This document shows positions 57,587-64,000 of a stretch of 64,000 nt of DNA, piece by piece. The DNA lies in contig CM119269.1 in NCBI GenBank assembly GCA_051294375.1, positions 8,057,225-8,121,224 of the forward strand, read 5' to 3'. The notes beneath the pieces were generated by a model. The model saw nothing but the letters and a program-made list of their open reading frames with translations, was not told the origin of the DNA and ran no database searches. Both the position numbers and the translations under genes were made by a program. The first letter of the stretch is position 1. Each line of letters opens with the position of its first letter. This DNA comes from Paraspadella gotoi. Its lineage: Eukaryota > Animalia > Chaetognatha.

Positions 57587-59384
57587 ATCTCCAATATCTC
57601 CTCTTTCCACTTCATTCCTCTCCAACTCTTCCTCCCTCTCTTCCTCTCCCTGATCTCTCGTTTTCTCTTCAACCAAATCAATTCTTCCCCTCTTTCCTCC
57701 TTTCCTCCCTCTCCTCCACTCTCTTCCTCCTCTTGATCTTCCTTTCCTTCGTCTTCTTCTCCACTCCTCTTTCCTCCTTTCCTCCCTCTCCTTCCTCTTC
57801 TCCTCCACCCACTTTTTCTTCCTCTCCTTCTTCCTCTCTTCCTCCCTTTTCCCCATTTTCCTCCCTTTCCTCCCTTTCTTCCTCCTCCACTCTCCCGGAA
57901 TCGCGTCCTCCCTTCTCGCTCTCCTCGTCGGAGCGCTCAACGGACGCAAAACTCCTTTCCTCTCGAAACTGGAAGATCGAGGAACACCTCCTCCTCCTCC
58001 TCTTCCTCTTCCTCAATCCTCTCAATCTCTCTCCTCCTCCCTCTCCATCTCCCTCTTCTCCTCGCGCGTTCTTCCGATGCACGGCCCTTTCCTTCGCCTC
58101 GTCGTCGTCGTCGTTGTTGTCTTCGCGGGCGCTCGATACGCCGTTCGCGCTCCACGGCTGTCTCGGCGCTGCGCGGGCGCTCGGCGCGCTTCGCGGCGTC
58201 GCGCGGCACCTGACGCTTGTCGGACCGGTATGCGCATGGCGAGCGCCAAGAGGCGCTGCTCCTCTCGCTCCACGATCTTCCAGCGGACGAGGTAGTTCTG
58301 GTTGAGGAGCGGGCCCGAAGTGAAGTAAGGATGCTTGTGGAGCCACTGGAGCGATGGAGTGGGAGTGGGGGAGCGGGTTTGAGAGTAGGGTGTAGATCGA
58401 AAAGAAGATTTAGGTTGAAATGAAACTGAAAAGATAGCGTGGTAAAACCTAAGAGAAAGTTAATAAGGTGGAGTGAAGAAACTTTTGTGAATTATTTTGA
58501 AAGTTTATTCATTGACAAAATAAAAGATATACGTAGCAAGAATTTAGTATATCGTAGTAATAATGTTAAAGTTTAAAATCAAAGTGTGGATTTAATTAAG
58601 CAGTGCAGGCTACGTATATTAAAACAGATATAAAGAATTTTAAAAAGTAAGGTAAATAAGGTAAGTTGACTGACTTCGGCATCAGACTTTCCGGGTTCAA
58701 TTCCTTTTTTTGGATTCACCGCTCGTTCTCTCTTACTCCAGTCATTTCTTCTTTTACGATTTCTTGAAAAAAAAATTAGTGAACCTTTGTTAATGTGAGA
58801 GTGTGAATTCCTTAATTCCTTAATTCCTTATGTTTTAAAAATATCTTCGGTTGTGACTGATTGGATAATGGGATAGGCAGGAGAGATCTGTTAAATTAAT
58901 TCATAATTAAGTGGATGTAGTATTTGCGAATGGTTGATAATGATTAAACAATGATTAACCTGGAAATGAGTGAGATAATACAAAATGTTTATTTAAACTA
59001 AAATTAAACTGACCAATTTATCAATCCAAACCTCATACTGTTTACAGGAAAGTAAAGAAAAAAAGAATTTAGATGATTTAAAAAACATATTACGAAATAT
59101 TTTGGTTAAAAAAATATACATAACGAATTACGTAAATACGTAAATATGTAAATGTCCTTAAGAAATATAATATTTTTCCCTTTCTCCTACTCTTCTTTCT
59201 TTCTCTTTTTAACACCCCTTCTCCACCTCCCCAACGCCTCACCTATCTTTCTATTCAGACCTCCAGAGAGACTTGGCGAGCTCCCGATCGAGATGCTTCA
59301 GCGTCGCCTGCAGCTTCGACGCCTCCGTCGGTTGCGCCGCTGCGCCTCCAGCACCTTCTCCCAGGGTTTGTCCGACTGCGCCAT
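57584..59384 (-). CDS. Copy 3 of the coiled-coil/Glu-rich gene (with indels)
   Basis: Reverse complement of 40216-42020 inside the palindrome arm. Confidence 0.5.
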
Positions 59385-59868
59385 TTAAAGTAGAAGGGTG
59401 AGGACGACGACGACGAAACCAATGAACTTTTTAATAATTATGACTGACCTCTCATTGCTTTCGGAAGGATATTTTAGACGACGTGAACGACGACGATGAC
59501 GACGACGACGACGACGACGGCGCTTTAAATTAACGAAAAGCCATTGTTTCTTGTTATTAGTATTTCTACGAGGATAAATATTAGTATGAAGACATAGACG
59601 AGGATAATTAGATGATTACGATGTAGAATCTCTTTGTTGATCCATCGTCGCTGAAAAAAATGTAAACGAATGTAATGTAAACAACAGCTATAACATTGAT
59701 ATGTTTAAATTAAAATTTCAGTCTTTTTTTGGGTTTTTTTTTAGTGTATTATTCCTTTTGTTTCGTTTGTGTGTTTTTTTTTTTATTCCTAATAAAAAAA
59801 ACTTCGTTTTAGCGAAACGATAAATAAACGATTGAGACATTTACGTTTATTCTAAAACTATTGTTGTT

Positions 59869-59906
<38 letters not shown>

Positions 59907-60802
59907 GTCGTAACTGCGGAAAAATAAAGACTTTCGTGGAGAAGGAGAAAAATCCTCTGGAAAATCAAAAGAGACACACATTTTTTTTCTATACTTATTT
60001 TTTTACTTCGTTTCTTTTAAACTTTGGATTTATCGTTCGCGTGTTCCGTCCATGATTGAACTTACTTTTTATTATTCGTCGTCGTCGTCGTCGTCGTAGT
60101 TGTCGTCGTCTCCTTTTCCTTCTTCTCGGTCGCCGTAGTTATGTCGCTAATTCTCATCGATATGAGTTCATGAGTAACAAAAAAAAACCGCCATAAAATT
60201 TTGGTTGCACCTTTTATACGTTCATAGATTTCCGTGTTTGTCGTCGTTGTTGTTGTATTTCTTAACAGTTTCCATTTAGTACCGGCGTGCAGTATCGCCG
60301 ACGTCAAAATGAAAAAAAAACACTTTTTGTCAGGTTCCCACTTTTCCTCCTCAAGACCGCATATGTGTTTTCCTTGGAATGAAATGGCCTGACGGTCAAT
60401 CAAAATCATTGGATAGTGTTGTATAAATAGTTTTAATGAAAAATAAAAAAGAATTACTTAATATATATCCAGTACTGAGATGAAATATCTGTCGAACGGG
60501 GATCGAACGCGAATATTTCGCTCGAAACTGAGGTCAAATAAATTGATTCGTCGATCCCTCTTATTTCGAGTCCTGACCCCTGAAATGACACGTCATGACC
60601 CTTAAAATGATCTCGTTCTTGTCACGATACGACCCTGTCTATGACACGGCGTGACCTCCAGCAAGGTTGACCTTTCCGACGCTTGCCAACTTTTCTTTTA
60701 ATAATCTGAAGAGGGAAGGAAAAGGACAGGAAAAAAATTTGAAAAAAATTAATGGATAAATAGATAGATAGATAGAGATATAGATAAGATACTAGATAAT
60801 AT

Positions 60803-60848
<46 letters not shown>

Positions 60849-60941
60849 GATAGATAGATAGATGATAAATAGAAGATAAATCAATAAATCAAAATAAATA
60901 AATAAATAATAAATAAATAAATAAATAAATAAATAATAAAA

Positions 60942-60973
<32 letters not shown>

Positions 60974-60990
60974 AAATAAATAAATAAATA

Positions 60991-61028
<38 letters not shown>

Positions 61029-62867
61029 AAATCAATCTGGAAATATAAAATATACAAACAAACAAGAAAAACGAGCAAGCTACAAGAAAGCCACAATAAA
61101 ACAAGCAATTAAAAAAAGCTAGCTAAAAAAGCAAATGCCAATCAGTCAAACCTGAGATCACGCTCTACCATTCGAGCGCTTTACAGGTTTTCTCCCAGCC
61201 GTTCACGCGCGCGACTTGGCTCCTCCATCATTTCCCCGCGGAATCGCAAATATCGTTATTCGCAATAATATCGCTTGATTGAATATTGCGCGGCGAAACA
61301 TCGCTTCCTCACTTTTACTTCAATTTGCCTCACTTTTCCCGTGACTTACCTTTTTTTTTCATATCGATTGTCGAGAAAAAAAAAAGTTTTTTTAAATAAC
61401 GAAGAAAAAAACCGAAGAAGAGAAAATGAGATTGCCGACGAGAAATCCGGAATGAAAAGCCAGTCGATTTAAGTTCGTTTAAAATTTTATTATTTATTAT
61501 TTAAATTATTATTATTATTTGCATTTAGAATTTAAATATAATTCTTTTTTTTCTTTCCAAATTTCATTTTCAGCTTTCTTTGGATAGTTGGCAGTTGCCT
61601 CGTCCCTTTTGCAAGGTAAGAATGTCTCAATTTGTATATTTCAACGCTTTTCCTAGATGCCTTAAAGAATACTTGACATTCCGCCATACAATCAAGAACG
61701 TGTATAGCCTGTTATAAGCTGTTTCTGCGATTTCCGTGTACAAGTCTGCGGTGAAGTTTAGCGGTATTCGTCGGCTGTTGGCGAGAGCACGATCAGAACG
61801 CCTTGGCTCGAAGAACCGATTGCTGGTTGAGATCGTTGTGTGTTGTTGTTTCTGCCGGCCGTGTGCGTTTGGTGTAAGCGAGAGAATTGTATCGGTTATC
61901 TATATTGTATGTGATCGGTTATCATTATGCTATCGTAGTCTTGTATGTGAAGATTAAGAGACAAGCGAGCTGGGTGACCGCTGGTTTTGTGACAGTCGTA
62001 TGATAAGTCCTTTAACCAATCTACTAGCTTGTTAACGAAGAGCGAACCCAAATAAAAAAATCAAGGAGTTTTCCGTGCCAAGTCTAGTGTGTCGTGGTAG
62101 ACTCCGGCGGAGCGCGTCCGGTCCGTGTAGTCAATGAAGATGAGTAGTATTTGTAGTAGAGTTAGGATTCAATGTGGACCAAGAAGGACACCCCGTATAA
62201 CCTACCTTGAATTATTAACTTTTTTTCCTTTTTTCTCATCGATATCTGCAGGTGTGAAGAGTGCTAGAAGTCGGTTGCATCATTGTGTAGCGCGCAACAA
62301 AATAATCTGGATGTACCAGACGAGGATTGGCGCGCCATGGTTAACGAAAACGCCGCTGAAGAAAAGGTGGAAGTTCCTCGTTTTTTTGTTTTGCGTTATT
62401 AACGAATTGTTATCGTGCCAGTCCGAAATGAGAAAGTTATAGTAACGAATTGTATTCGATTAGTATACTAGAATTTAAATTACATCCAGACATGTTTACG
62501 TAATTTTCCGCCAGAAGACTCACCCGCCTCATTTTATTGTTAAGATTCCTAATGGTAAGTAATTATGTGTGATTAAATATCAGTGAGGTTAGGATTTAGG
62601 TTTGGATTAGGTTAGTGATCAAGGTTAAGGACTGTGATTATCTCTCTCCTGNNNNNNNNNNNNNNNNNNNNNNNNNTTTTTTTTATCTACAATTGCTTGC
62701 ACGTCTTACTCAAGTGGTTCTGCCATAAAGATGTTTCTCCAATGTAAACTTTGGAATCCATTAATTTTAATAAACAGTTTTTTAAAAATTTCTTTCTTTC
62801 TTTCTTTTTTTCTTTCTTTCTCGTATTTTGTTTACTCCTTCCTTTTCTCTCTCTTCTCTCTTCTCTC

Positions 62868-62920
<53 letters not shown>

Positions 62921-63341
62921 ATCTCTTCTCTCCTTTCCTCGCCGTGACTTTGACGCCAAGCATCTCCCTCTCCGATTTTGTTTACTATGAATGGATTGTT
63001 TATAACGTCGTCGGTCGAAGGGTTCGTAACTCGGTCAAGTTTTTTTTTCAAATAAAAGATGAATGTGACGTTCTATTGACTTTATTTTAAATATACTATA
63101 AGTATAAATGTTACCCGAACTATTTCGAATTCTCTCTCAAACGTTTTTCTTTTTTTTTTTAAATTCGATTCACTACGAAAAAAAAAGAAGGAAATGGTTG
63201 GGATTCTGTCTCATTAGCCATTTGTTTCCGGCCTCGATTCCCTAGAGATTCTTCGCGGAATCAATTCCCCGGCAAAGGCGGGCCGATCGTGAAACAACCG
63301 TTGTGCTGTAAACTCGTGGAGACGGATGCTGCATATGCCGG

Positions 63342-63515
63342 TGCTGCAAAAACATCGAATCGAATGCCGCAAATGCTCGAGCCGTAAAAGCAAAGACTTT
63401 GATTCTGTATATTCCGCGCTGCAAAAACATGGAATCTGAAGCAGCAGATGCTAATGCTGCAAAAGCAAAGACTTTGATTTTGTATATATCGTGCTGCAAA
63501 AGCATCGAATCTGAA
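63342..63515. repeat. 75-bp tandem repeat, ~2.5 copies
   Basis: AAAAGCAAAGACTTTGATT at 63386 and 63461; GCTGCAAAA.CAT.GAATC occurs three times. Confidence 0.75.
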
Positions 63516-64000
63516 GAGCTGAAAAAGCCGCGCCTCTGATGCACTAAATGATGTACTTTAAAAACATCATATTTGATGCTGCATTTTTCTAAAAACATCG
63601 TTGCAGATAAATCAACCGTTGTGTTGCGGTTGTCGTTATTAAACTAAGCCACGATGTATGTTTCTCTGTTTCCTGACATGAGCGAAATTTCAATCTCTTT
63701 GGATGAAGTGTAATTATAATTTTAAAAGAAGTAACGAAAAATTGGACGACAAGTGAAACGCCAGAATCAACAGCAAATTTATCGGTAGATGAAACGGTAG
63801 ACGCAACAAGTAGATTGCCTCCGCCAACTGAAAACAGCGAACCGAAAAATACCTTCTCTCTTTTTCTCTCTCGTTCTTCAATTTTCCCGCGAAATTCTTT
63901 CAGCTCTTTCATTTTCTTTTTCAATTTTCCACATTGCACTTTTCTCCTTTCAATTTTCCACTGACAATTTTCCACTTTCCACTCTCAATGCCAACCTCCG

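Noticed and set aside
63242-63975. Minus-strand ORFs at the window end
   Set aside because: Partly explained by a 75-bp tandem repeat and a purine-rich tract; no recognisable family.

Overview
Eukaryotic (invertebrate animal) genomic scaffold with AT-rich, microsatellite-laden introns and GC-rich exons. Genes built by hand from splice sites: the 3' part of CFAP70/TTC18 (+, 707-18128), whose 7.5-kb intron holds a head-to-head pair, adenosine kinase (-) and QDPR (+); a 2'-5'-oligoadenylate synthetase (OAS)-like gene (+, 20277-22055) fused to an N-terminal Cys-rich segment, transmembrane helix and Cys cluster, which is the most novel-looking element; a shortened calsyntenin (-, 24100-28765); four tRNA genes (Asp, intron-containing Tyr, Glu, Asn); and an unidentified coiled-coil plus Glu/Gly-rich gene present three times. 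Non-coding features include a Penelope-type minimal hammerhead ribozyme inside a fold-back, an LTR-like remnant with a tRNA-Leu primer-binding site, and tRNA-derived and Helentron-like repeats. Positions ~37070-62640 form a giant palindrome with an internal tandem duplication across an N-gap; indel noise and gap structure suggest this is largely an assembly or amplification artefact. All family assignments come from motif recognition by eye; no database searches were run.
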